A stretch of DNA of 64,000 nt from Corallococcus sp. NCRR (GTDB lineage Bacteria > Myxococcota > Myxococcia > Myxococcales > Myxococcaceae), in the NCBI RefSeq assembly GCF_026965535.1, contig NZ_CP114039.1, positions 8,163,461 to 8,227,460 of the forward strand. The letters run 5' to 3'. The stretch's first letter is position 1. Each line of letters opens with the position of its first letter. Shown piece by piece: positions 18,496 through 27,700 of the stretch. Below the pieces are notes generated by a model. It ran no database searches and was not told the DNA's origin. It worked only from the letters and a program-made list of their open reading frames with translations. The position numbers were made by a program, and so were the translations under genes.

Positions 18496-21400
18496 TCACG
18501 ATTTGAGCTGTTGCCGTCCCCACGTCTGCTCTTCGCGGGCGTGGGCCTCGCGGGCTTCGTCGAGCCGCTCGCCGAGGTAGCGCTGGCGCTGCCGGACCTC
18601 CAGGCTCGCGCTGGTCAATTGGCGAAGCTGCTCCCGCAGTGAGTTGCCCCCCAGCTTCCACACGCGCGCGCTGCCATCGGTGGCGGCGATGGCCAGCATG
18701 TCTCCTCCGGGGCTGAAGACCGCTCCTGTCACGCGGTCCCCATTGCCGCTGAGCACCAGGGATTCACCGCTCCCGTCCGTGGGCCACACCTGCACGGTGC
18801 CATCTCCGGCGGCGTTCACCACCCACGTGCCTCGGGGATGAAACCGGGCGGTGTGTCCCCGGACCATGACGGCCTCTCCCCTCCCCTCGGCGGACCACAC
18901 GCGCACCGTCCGGTCCTGGGAGGCGGTCAACACGTGGGCCCCGTCCTGGCTGAACTCCACGCTCACCAGCGCCTGCTCATGCCCGCGGAGCACCATCGGC
19001 TCACCCCGGCCGTCCGCGCGCCACACCCGCGCCGTCCCATCCCAGGAGGCCGTCGCCACGCGCTCACCGTCCGGACTGAACACCGCCGCCACCACCCGGC
19101 CCGAGTGGCCCTGGAGCACCACCGGCTCGCCCTGTCCGTCCGCGCGCCACACCCGCGCCGTCCCGTCATCCGAGGCCGTCACCACCCGCTGGCCGTCCGG
19201 GCTGAACACCGCGGTCCGGAGGAACTGCGTGTGCCCCTGGAGCACCACGGGCTCGCCCTGGCCGTCCGCGCGCCACACCCGCGCTGTCGCATCCCACGAG
19301 GCCGTCACCACCCGTTCACCCTCCGGGCTGAACGCCGCCGCCACCACCCGGCCCGTGTGGCCCTGGAGGACCACGTGCTCGCCCGGACCGTCCGCGCTCC
19401 ACACGCGCGCCGTTCCGTCATCCGAGGCCGTCACCACCCGCTGCCCGTCCGGGCTGAACGCCACCGTCCGGACCTCCGCCCGGTGCCCCTTGAACTCCAC
19501 CAGGTCCATGCCGCTGCGCAGGCACCAGAGCCGCGCCGTGCCATCCGCGTGGCCGGTCGCCAGGAGATCCTCCCAGGGGCTGAATGCCAGGGATTGCACT
19601 GTCCCCGCGCGGCGCTGGAGCGTGAGCGCCCGCGGCTGTGTCCGCCAGCGCCACACGCGCGCGGTGCCATCGCGGGAGGCCGTCACCACCTGCTCCCCGT
19701 CCGAGCTGAAGCTCGCGGAGAACACCTCATCCGTGTGTCCCCGCAGCTCCGCGGACAGGCCCCCTCCTTCCGTGCTTCGCACCCTCGCGGTGCCATCCCG
19801 GGAGGCCGTCAGCACCCAACGCCCATCCGGGCTGAAGGCCACCGAGAGGATCTCCCCCCCGTGCCCCGCGAGGCGCATCGCCCCGCCCTTCCCGTCCGCC
19901 CGCCACAGGCGGACCATCCCATCCGCGTGCGCGCTCACCACCAGCCCTCCATCCGGGCTGAAGGCCACCGCGTTGACGAAGCCGGAGTCGCTGCGCAGCA
20001 GGATGGGATCGTCCCGGCCCTCCACGCGCCAGATGCGCACCGTGCCATCCACCGAGGCCGTGGCCACCTGCGTCCCATTCGGACTGAAGACCGCGGCGCG
20101 CAGCTCGCCCGGATGGGCCAGCACCGCCAACACGCCCCGTCCATCCGTGTGCCACACCCTCGCCGTTCCATCGCGCGAGGCCGTCACCACCCGCTCGCCG
20201 GTTGAATCGAAGGTCGCGGCCACCAGGCCCTGTGAGTGGCCCTGGAGCACGATGGGCAGGCCCGTCCCATCCGCCCGCCGCACGCGCGCCGTCCCATCCC
20301 GCGAGGCGGTCACCACCCGTTGACCATCCGGGCTGAACGCCACCATCACCACCTCCGCCAGGTGCCCCGTCAGCACCTCCGGCCCGCCTCCGCCCTCCAC
20401 GGGCCACACGTGCGCGGTCCGATCCGCGGAGCCCATCACCACCCGCTGCCCGTCCGGGCTGAACGCCACGGCCAGCACCTCTCCGCCTTGACCTTCGAGC
20501 ACCTTCGGCAGGCCCGTTCCATCCGCTCGCCACACGCGCGCGGTCCCATCGCTCGATGCTGTCGCCACCCACCGGCCGTCCGCGCTGAGCGTCGCGGCTC
20601 GAACCTGCCCCCGATGTCCTCGCAACACCGCCGAGGCGATGGGCTGCTGGAACACCTCCAGGGCCGTCTGCGTCCAGGACAGGTGCTGCTCGGGCTCGCG
20701 CACCTCCAGCAACACCAACAGGGCGGCCGTGGGATCCTCTCGCCTCAACTTGTCGGCGACGATCAACCGCGCGAAGTCCTGCAATTGCTCCTGCTGCCGG
20801 CGAGCCTCCCGCGCCAGGGTGCTGGCCATCTCCTGACTCGCGTCGATGAACAACCGCATCTGCTCATCCAGCTCACCCGGATGGGTTTGACGCAGCTCCA
20901 ATGCGTCCTCCAGATGCCGGCCCCGCAGGAGACGCTCCCCGGAGGGTGCGGTCCGCGGGTGCGACCGCCAGGCCTCCGCCCCCGTGCGCAGCTCGTTCCG
21001 CTTGCGCTGGAGCGCCTGCGCCTCGCGGATCCATTCACCCAGGGGGCTCCAGTGGCGCAGCAGCGCTTCGTGTGCCACCTCGATGAAGACCTCGCCCCCG
21101 TCCCCCTTTCCAAGCACCAGGACCCGGCCCTCCAACAGCCGGCCCAGCGCGACATCGAAAGCGCGGCGCGCCTCCACGTCCCGGGGCTGGATGCGCGCCC
21201 GGCCCACGCGCTGCGAGGTGAACGGCGCCGCGCCGTCGCGCATGTCGACCAGCTCCACGAACAGCTGGCGCACCTGGTGCCGCTCCTCTTCCCCCAAGCC
21301 CAGGTACAGCCGGTCCAGTTCCTGGGCCAGCGCCCCGGCCACTCCGTCCAGGGCCTGATAGGCGCCGTGCTTGAGCCACCGGCCATCCCGCAGCCGCCAC

Positions 21401-23175
21401 AGCCGCTCCAGCGTGTGCGCCAGCAGTGGCAGTCCCCCGGGTTGGCGCTCCACGTCCTGGAGGAGCCGCTCCGTGAGCCCCACCTCCAGCAGGATGCCCT
21501 GTTGCCACGAGGGACGTTCGATGGCCTCGCGCAGCTCGACCGCCGTCATCTCCGGAACCAGGAGCAGGCGCTCTCCCTCGAAGAGCACCGCGTCCAGCCG
21601 GGGGCCGTCCGCGCCCAGGCGGACCTCGGCGCAACGAGCGAGGTAATCCATCCGCAACGTCGCGAGCACCACCGTGCCCCGCTCGCGGGCCTGCGAGGCG
21701 TCCCACAGCGCGCGCATCAACTCCGCGCGCGCCTCCTCCTCCAGCAGGGTGAACGCCTCATCCAGCGGATCCACCACCACGAGCCGGTGCTTGCCCGGAG
21801 AAGCCTTCACGGCGCGGACCGTCTCCAGCGTCCCCGCGTCCCCCGCGCGCAACCGGGTGATCTCCCAACGCTCAGGCGGCAACGTGGGCAGCAGCCCGGC
21901 CCGCAGCAGCGAGGACTTGCCGCTGCCGGAGACCCCGGCCATGACCTGGAGCGCCGGAAGCTGTCCCGCCGCGGCGGCCTCCAACCGCTGGCGCAGCGTC
22001 TGCCGCAGCGGCTCGCGTCCGAAGAAGCGTCGTTCATCGCCGGGCTCGAAGGGCCGCAGGCCGCAATACGGCTGGAAGATGAAGGGACGCAGGTCCGGTC
22101 CATCTCCCGCGCGGGCGTAGAGTTGGAGCGAACAGCCATCCATCCGCGCCCCTTCGAGCCGCAGCGCCCCGCGAGCCACGGCCAGTGACTGCTCCAGGGA
22201 AGCGTGGCGTCCGAGCAGCTCGCCATAGAGCGCGCGGGTGAAGATGACGGACCCCACCTTGGAGAAAGGCAGACGCGAGGCGACCACCGCGGAGAGGCCC
22301 GCGCGGTGCAGCTCGCGAGCAGGGCTGCCCAGGTGGTTGCCGGGGAGCCCCGAGTCGCCGCCACGGCAGGCGCACAGCACGACCATGCGCAGACGCCCCG
22401 CATGCGGTTCGAGCGCCGCGCGCAACGAGGCCGCATCCACCACGTCCAGCTCCCCCTCCCGGCGCGAGGAGTTCCAGGCGAGTCCATACGCCCCGGGCTC
22501 CGATGGAACGCCATGGCACAAGAGGTGGAGCGAGGCGATGGGCTCCTCGCTGGACCGCAGCGCCTGTTCGAGCGAAGCGAGGCTCACGTGGGGAAGCACG
22601 TCCCGTTTCGGATCAAAGGCATACCCCGCCCTGGCGCAGGCCTCTGTCAGGGCGCGCTGGTGCGCCGCCGCGGGCACATCCCCTGCCCACGCGAAGAGGA
22701 TGCGGCCTCCAGCGGGCGGCGGAGAGGGCCGCGGTGGGTGGGTCTTCGAGCCGGGGCGCTCGTAGCAGACGGTGCAGCCCTCCAGGTCGCTGAGCGCCTG
22801 GCCCGTGCTCTCCAGCGCGAGCAACTCCCACGGGAGCACGCACAGCTCCGCGGGCTCCAACCGCAGGGTGAGCCGCACCGTCCCGCCGTCCGACAGCGCC
22901 TGCCGCAATCGCTGCTCATCCTGCGCCCAGCCCAGCGGCATCAGGAACGCGCGCAGCAGCTCCCCCAACCGCTGGGCCGTGTTGGGGCTGGGCCGGCTGG
23001 AGCCCAGGTTGGCCAGGTCGTCCAGTGCGTGGTTCCAGGGGAAGGAGGCCCGCTTGGAGGTGCCCTCCTCTTCCAATCGCAGATAGTCCCGGGGCTGGAA
23101 GAGGAAGCGATCCGCGTCGCGCGTGCGCTCGCCGGAGACGAGGTGGAGCGTGAGTTCCAGGGGACCGAAGGCCAT
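18496..23175 (-). CDS. CHAT (caspase-like) - STAND NTPase - WD40 repeat protein
   Basis: 1559 aa. CHAT-type dyad: His in SLHLLCHGV (aa ~221), Cys in RMVVLCACRGG (aa ~269). Linker PYCGLRPFEPGDERRFFGRE, then Walker A GVSGSGKSSLLRAGLLP (aa ~414), Walker B LVVVDPLDEAF, and a long helical (winged-helix/HETHS-like) arm. From aa ~830, ~14 WD40 repeats (GH...V..A.FS.DG..V.TAS.DGTARVW). Confidence 0.85.
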   Translation of the reverse strand: MAFGPLELTLHLVSGERTRDADRFLFQPRDYLRLEEEGTSKRASFPWNHALDDLANLGSSRPSPNTAQRLGELLRAFLMPLGWAQDEQRLRQALSDGGTVRLTLRLEPAELCVLPWELLALESTGQALSDLEGCTVCYERPGSKTHPPRPSPPPAGGRILFAWAGDVPAAAHQRALTEACARAGYAFDPKRDVLPHVSLASLEQALRSSEEPIASLHLLCHGVPSEPGAYGLAWNSSRREGELDVVDAASLRAALEPHAGRLRMVVLCACRGGDSGLPGNHLGSPARELHRAGLSAVVASRLPFSKVGSVIFTRALYGELLGRHASLEQSLAVARGALRLEGARMDGCSLQLYARAGDGPDLRPFIFQPYCGLRPFEPGDERRFFGREPLRQTLRQRLEAAAAGQLPALQVMAGVSGSGKSSLLRAGLLPTLPPERWEITRLRAGDAGTLETVRAVKASPGKHRLVVVDPLDEAFTLLEEEARAELMRALWDASQARERGTVVLATLRMDYLARCAEVRLGADGPRLDAVLFEGERLLLVPEMTAVELREAIERPSWQQGILLEVGLTERLLQDVERQPGGLPLLAHTLERLWRLRDGRWLKHGAYQALDGVAGALAQELDRLYLGLGEEERHQVRQLFVELVDMRDGAAPFTSQRVGRARIQPRDVEARRAFDVALGRLLEGRVLVLGKGDGGEVFIEVAHEALLRHWSPLGEWIREAQALQRKRNELRTGAEAWRSHPRTAPSGERLLRGRHLEDALELRQTHPGELDEQMRLFIDASQEMASTLAREARRQQEQLQDFARLIVADKLRREDPTAALLVLLEVREPEQHLSWTQTALEVFQQPIASAVLRGHRGQVRAATLSADGRWVATASSDGTARVWRADGTGLPKVLEGQGGEVLAVAFSPDGQRVVMGSADRTAHVWPVEGGGGPEVLTGHLAEVVMVAFSPDGQRVVTASRDGTARVRRADGTGLPIVLQGHSQGLVAATFDSTGERVVTASRDGTARVWHTDGRGVLAVLAHPGELRAAVFSPNGTQVATASVDGTVRIWRVEGRDDPILLRSDSGFVNAVAFSPDGGLVVSAHADGMVRLWRADGKGGAMRLAGHGGEILSVAFSPDGRWVLTASRDGTARVRSTEGGGLSAELRGHTDEVFSASFSSDGEQVVTASRDGTARVWRWRTQPRALTLQRRAGTVQSLAFSPWEDLLATGHADGTARLWCLRSGMDLVEFKGHRAEVRTVAFSPDGQRVVTASDDGTARVWSADGPGEHVVLQGHTGRVVAAAFSPEGERVVTASWDATARVWRADGQGEPVVLQGHTQFLRTAVFSPDGQRVVTASDDGTARVWRADGQGEPVVLQGHSGRVVAAVFSPDGERVATASWDGTARVWRADGRGEPMVLRGHEQALVSVEFSQDGAHVLTASQDRTVRVWSAEGRGEAVMVRGHTARFHPRGTWVVNAAGDGTVQVWPTDGSGESLVLSGNGDRVTGAVFSPGGDMLAIAATDGSARVWKLGGNSLREQLRQLTSASLEVRQRQRYLGERLDEAREAHAREEQTWGRQQLKS

Positions 23176-23193
23176 GGCGGGTCCGCTCCCGGG

Positions 23194-24738
23194 TCAGGCC
23201 ACGAGCAACCGCTCCCGGAAGTAGCGGCGGTACAGCTCACAGCGCGGCAGCACGGCGGTCCCCTCCTGGCGCACCAGCCCCGCGCTCCTCAGACGGATGA
23301 ACACATCTTCGCTCGTACAGGCGCCGCGCTGGAGCACCTCGCGAAGCCCGGCCTTGAGCTGTGATTGGCTGCTCAGCCGGAAGAGCAGGTTGCGCAGGTG
23401 GTCTCCGAACGGCCCCCGGTCCTCCGCCACCTGGGAGAAGAGCTCCGCCACGCCCAGGCTGCCGCTGGCCACCAGGTACAGGGCCTTGCGGACGAGGTAG
23501 GGATGCCCTCCCAACAGGGTGAAGAGCTCCTGGGCCTGCTGCGCGCTCAACGGCGAGCCATGCCGCTGGTTGAGGTCCACCACCTGCGCCGCGGCGAAGT
23601 CGTCCAGCTCCACGGTCTGCCCCACGTTGAAGGGCGACTGCGTCATGTTCTTGATGAAGAGGAAGGGCTCCGTCGAGGTGACCAGGACGATGCTGAGCTT
23701 CTTCCACACCGGCGTGGTGGGCAGCGCGCGGTTGTTGTGCCAGCTGCGCAGCATGCCGAAGAAGTCCGTGCCGAAGGGAATCTCGAAGAGGGTCTCCACT
23801 TCGTCCAATCCCAGCACCAGCGGCGCATCCAACGACCGCAGGATGTGGCCGCTCATGTAAAGGCCGCAGCGCTGGCTGCTGCCCATGGGCTTCTGCCAGT
23901 ACGCCTCCACCTGGTCGGTGAGGCCGAGTTGCTCCCCCAGCGAGCTGCAGAAGCGCTGGAAGAAGAGATCCGGATTGCGGAGCGAGCTGGAGTCGAACTC
24001 CTGGAGCGACAGGTAGGCCACGCGCTTGCCCGCGGTGAGCGCGCCCGCCATGCCCCGCATGAGCAGGGAGCTCTTGCCCATCTGCCGGGCGCCCTTGATG
24101 GTGATGGTCGCCCCCTGCTTGTGCGCGACTGCCTTCATCACCGTCGCGTCCGCACCACGCACGACATAGAAGGCCGACTGGGTGTCCATGGCGCCCTCCA
24201 GGGGCTCGTCCAGTTCGAGCGGTGCCGAAGGAAGCGGCGGCCGCAGCGGAGGGGACGCGGGTTCGGCGGGTGGCACGTCGCGGGAGGCCGGCTTCGTGGC
24301 GGGCAGCGCGGATTCGGGCAGCGCGGATCCGCTCATGGCCCGGGCGAGCTGTTCGAGCAGCCGCGGGGTGTCCTCGGGCCCCTCCCAGAGCGCCCAGTTG
24401 ATGGGGCCCAGGTAGCTGCTCAGGGGCGATGGAAGCCGTTCGTGGTACGCGACCCGGATGGGGAGGAGGACGGGCTTGCCGTACTGCGCATGCTGCTGAT
24501 GCGCCAGCTCGATCTCCATGCGCGCCATCTCGCTGTTGACGGAGAACGGCGACAGCAGCGTGATGAAGAAGTCCGCCTGGCGGATCTCCGCGCCAATCCG
24601 CTCCGCCCACCGTTCACCCACCACCATGGAGGTGTCGATGAACACCTCGTGGGACGCCTGGAGCGCCCGGTAGAGGGCATTGGAGAGGTCCTGGTCCGGC
24701 GTGACGTCGCGCTTGTAACTGATGAAGACACGGGCCAT
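23194..24738 (-). CDS. TIR domain + AAA-like NTPase protein
   Basis: 514 aa from ATG at 24736-24738. N-terminal MARVFISYKRDVTPDQDLSNALYRAL...VFIDTSMVVGERW...NSEMARMEIELA is a TIR fold (FISYxR, catalytic-Glu-like WxxxE context). Central KGARQMGKSSLL P-loop and DEVETLFEIPFGTDFFGMLRSWHN (AAA-like / PF14516-type). The track ORF extends 40 codons further 5', which is rejected because TIR domains are N-terminal. Confidence 0.8.
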   Translation of the reverse strand: MARVFISYKRDVTPDQDLSNALYRALQASHEVFIDTSMVVGERWAERIGAEIRQADFFITLLSPFSVNSEMARMEIELAHQQHAQYGKPVLLPIRVAYHERLPSPLSSYLGPINWALWEGPEDTPRLLEQLARAMSGSALPESALPATKPASRDVPPAEPASPPLRPPLPSAPLELDEPLEGAMDTQSAFYVVRGADATVMKAVAHKQGATITIKGARQMGKSSLLMRGMAGALTAGKRVAYLSLQEFDSSSLRNPDLFFQRFCSSLGEQLGLTDQVEAYWQKPMGSSQRCGLYMSGHILRSLDAPLVLGLDEVETLFEIPFGTDFFGMLRSWHNNRALPTTPVWKKLSIVLVTSTEPFLFIKNMTQSPFNVGQTVELDDFAAAQVVDLNQRHGSPLSAQQAQELFTLLGGHPYLVRKALYLVASGSLGVAELFSQVAEDRGPFGDHLRNLLFRLSSQSQLKAGLREVLQRGACTSEDVFIRLRSAGLVRQEGTAVLPRCELYRRYFRERLLVA

Positions 24739-24752
24739 GGGGCTCTTTCCAG

Positions 24753-27700
24753 TCACTGGGTCAGGGGCAGGCGCGAACACGTTTGTCGATAGGGAGCGAC
24801 CTCGCGCACATCCGCGGGCCACTCCTCGGGCTTCAGGTTGCGGGGTAACAACAGACACGCGAGCTCAATCCAATCCGAGGCCCGGACAGGCCACAGGCGC
24901 GCGACACCGTCATCGCTGGCGGTGGCCACGCGGGTGCCATCCGGGCTGAAGGCCACCGCGCGCACCCGCTTCTCGACGGGCAGGCTCGCCAGCCGGCGGC
25001 CGGTGGCGGCCTCCCACAGGCGCGCCGAGCCATCCTCGCTGGCGGTGATCAGCAGCCCGCCATCCGGGCTGAAGGCCACGGAGGTGACCGTGTTGTCATG
25101 CTGCAATTGCTGCCGCTCCTGGCCCGTGGCGACGTCCCAGACGCGCGCCTTGCTGTCCTCACTGGCGGTCACCAGACTCAGGCCATCCGGGCTGAAGGCC
25201 AGCGCGGTGACCACCAGGCCATGCTGGAGGGGACTTCCCAGCGGCTCGCCGGTGGCCACGCTCCACAACCGCGCGGTGTTGTCATCACCGGCCGTGGCGA
25301 GACGGGTCCCGTCCGGACTGAAGGCCACGATGCGCGCGGCATGCTTCAGTGGCGGGACCCGGCTCGCGCCGGAGCGCGTATCCCAGAGCCGGATGAGGCC
25401 CTCGTCGCCGGACGTGGCCAGCACCCCGCCGTCCGGGCTGAAGGCCACCGAGTCAACGCCCTCCGCATGCTCCAACCGCACCCGCTCGTGGCCCGTGGCC
25501 ACCTCCCAGAGGCGCGCGGTGTGGTCCTCGCTGGCGGTGGCCACGAGCGTGCCATCCGGGCTGAAGGCCACGTCCATGACCCTGCCGGCGTGAGGCAGGC
25601 GCATCAGCAGCGCGCCATCCGACACGCGCCACACGCGGGCGACCTTGTCCGCACCGGCGGTGACCACGCGCGTGCCGTCCGGGCTGAAGGCGACGTCCAG
25701 GACCCGGCCGTCGTGCACCAGGGGTGGCCCCGAAGGTTCGCCCGTGTCCGCGCGCCAGAGCGATGCGGCCTTGCCTTCCGTGGCGGTCGCCAGCAGCCGG
25801 CCGTCCGGACTGAAGGCCAGTTGGGTGACGGCCGTCTCATGGGGAAGCTGGACGAGCGGAGGACCGGGAGCGAGGGCCCAGAGGAGCGCGAGTCCACCCT
25901 CGGTGGCGGTCACCAGTTGCCTGCCATCCGGGCTGAACGCCACGGCGTTGACGCGGCTCTTGTGGGGCAGGAGCACCTGCTGCTTCCCCGTGGCCGCGTT
26001 CCACAGGCGGACGGTCTTGTCCTCGCTGGCGGTGGCCACGAGCGCGCCGTCCGGGCTGAAGGCCACGGAGGTGACGGCCTTGTCATGTCGCAGGGCCATC
26101 AACTCCCGGCCGGAGGCGAGCTCCCAGAGCCGCGCGAGCTTGTCCTCGCCGGCCGTGGCCACGAGCGCACCGTCCGGGCTGACGGCCACCGACATGATGC
26201 GGGTCTTGTGTTGCAGGATCTTCCCCACCCGCTTGCCGGTCTCCGCGTCCCACGTGCGCGCCGCCTTGTCCGCGCCCGCGGTGATGAGCGTCCTGCCATC
26301 CGGGCTGAAGGCCACTGACAGGACGCGGCTGCGGTGTTCGAGCGGCTCACCGAGGGCCAAGCCCGTGGCGGTGCTCCAGATGCGCACGAACCGGTCCTCG
26401 CCAGCCGTGGCCACGCGGGTGCCGTCCGGGCTGAAGGCCACGGCGTTGATGCCGCCGTCGTGGCGCGCGGAGGTCATCCGGGACGTCCAGGTCCGCGTGT
26501 CCCACAGGCGCGTGGTGCCATCGTCACTGGCGGTGGCGGCCATCCGGCCGTCGCGGCTGAAGGCCACCGCGGTGACCACGTCGTCATGGCGAAGCACCTG
26601 CCGCTGATAGCCGGCGTAGCCCATGGGGATCTCCCAGAGGCGCGCGGTGTGGTCCTCCCCCGCGGTGAGGACCTGGGTCCCATCCGGGCTGAAGGCGACC
26701 GCCAGGACGTTGCCCTCGTGCTCCATCCGGGTGGTCAGGGGGTGGCGAAGCTGGACGAGTGAGCGGATGAGGGAGTCCATGGCCTCGGGAGAGCCATGGA
26801 GCCGCACCGCCTCCGTGGAGAGCGCGGTGCTGACCGTCAGGTTCGACGAGGCACTGCGGAGCGTGGCGTCCGCCTTGTTCATGAAGACGTAGGAGGCCGC
26901 CTCGCGCAGCCGCAGCGCGGTCTCGTCTTTCGCCTGGGCGATCTCCCGCTCCGCCTGCGCCTTCTTCTCCTGCGCCTGCCGCGCCTCCGCCTGCAGCCAG
27001 CGCGCCTCCTCGCGGAAGCGTTCGGCCTCCTGCCTGGACTTCTGGGCCTCCGCCCGCGCGTTCCTCTCGATGCGCGTGGCCTCTTCCTGCGCGGCGGTCG
27101 CGCGCGCCACGATGGTCTCCGCCTCCTTCTCCGCCAGGGACCGGGCCTTCTCCGCGCCGTCCCGGAGCCGCTGGGCGCGGTCCCGCTCCGTGACGGCCGC
27201 ATTGCGAGCACGCTCGGTCTCCGCGAGCCGCGCGTACAGGAGCAGCGAGGCGGGCAGCAGCACGATGAAGCCCGCGATCACCAATCCCAGCGCGGCCAGC
27301 CGGACTACGCGCCAGTCCACCGGCAGTTGGTTGCGCGCCCACGGCACGGTGAAGACGCGCTCGTAGATGGAGTTTCGCACCCGCAGCAGGTCACCCTCGC
27401 GGCGCACCACGCCCGACAGCTTGAGGTGTGACTTCACCAGCGAGCGTTCTTCGTCGAGCACCCGCCGGCCGCGCCGGATGTCCTGGTAGGTCCTGAGGAC
27501 GCGCTCCGGATCCGGCGCGCGGCGGGTCAGCATGTCGCGGACGAAGACCAGGTTGTTGTCCTGGAAGCTGCGCTCCGCGAAGAAGGTGCGCTCCATCACC
27601 TGCTGCGTGGACTCGCGCGTCCAGAGCGCGCCGTCCGTCAGCCGGTAGTGGTCCACCAGGGCCTGACACAGCCGCTGCGTGAGATAGGGATGGCCGCCGG

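Noticed and set aside
20236-22188. 650-aa plus-strand ORF (plus 18838..20205 and 18851..20323)
   Set aside because: Antisense to the CHAT-STAND-WD40 gene, whose domains are all in the minus-strand frame.
24736-24858. 40-codon N-terminal extension of the TIR gene in the ORF track
   Set aside because: TIR domains are N-terminal. MARVFISYKRD follows directly after a plausible start, and the extension is Arg/Gly-rich and would overlap the upstream gene's 3' end region.
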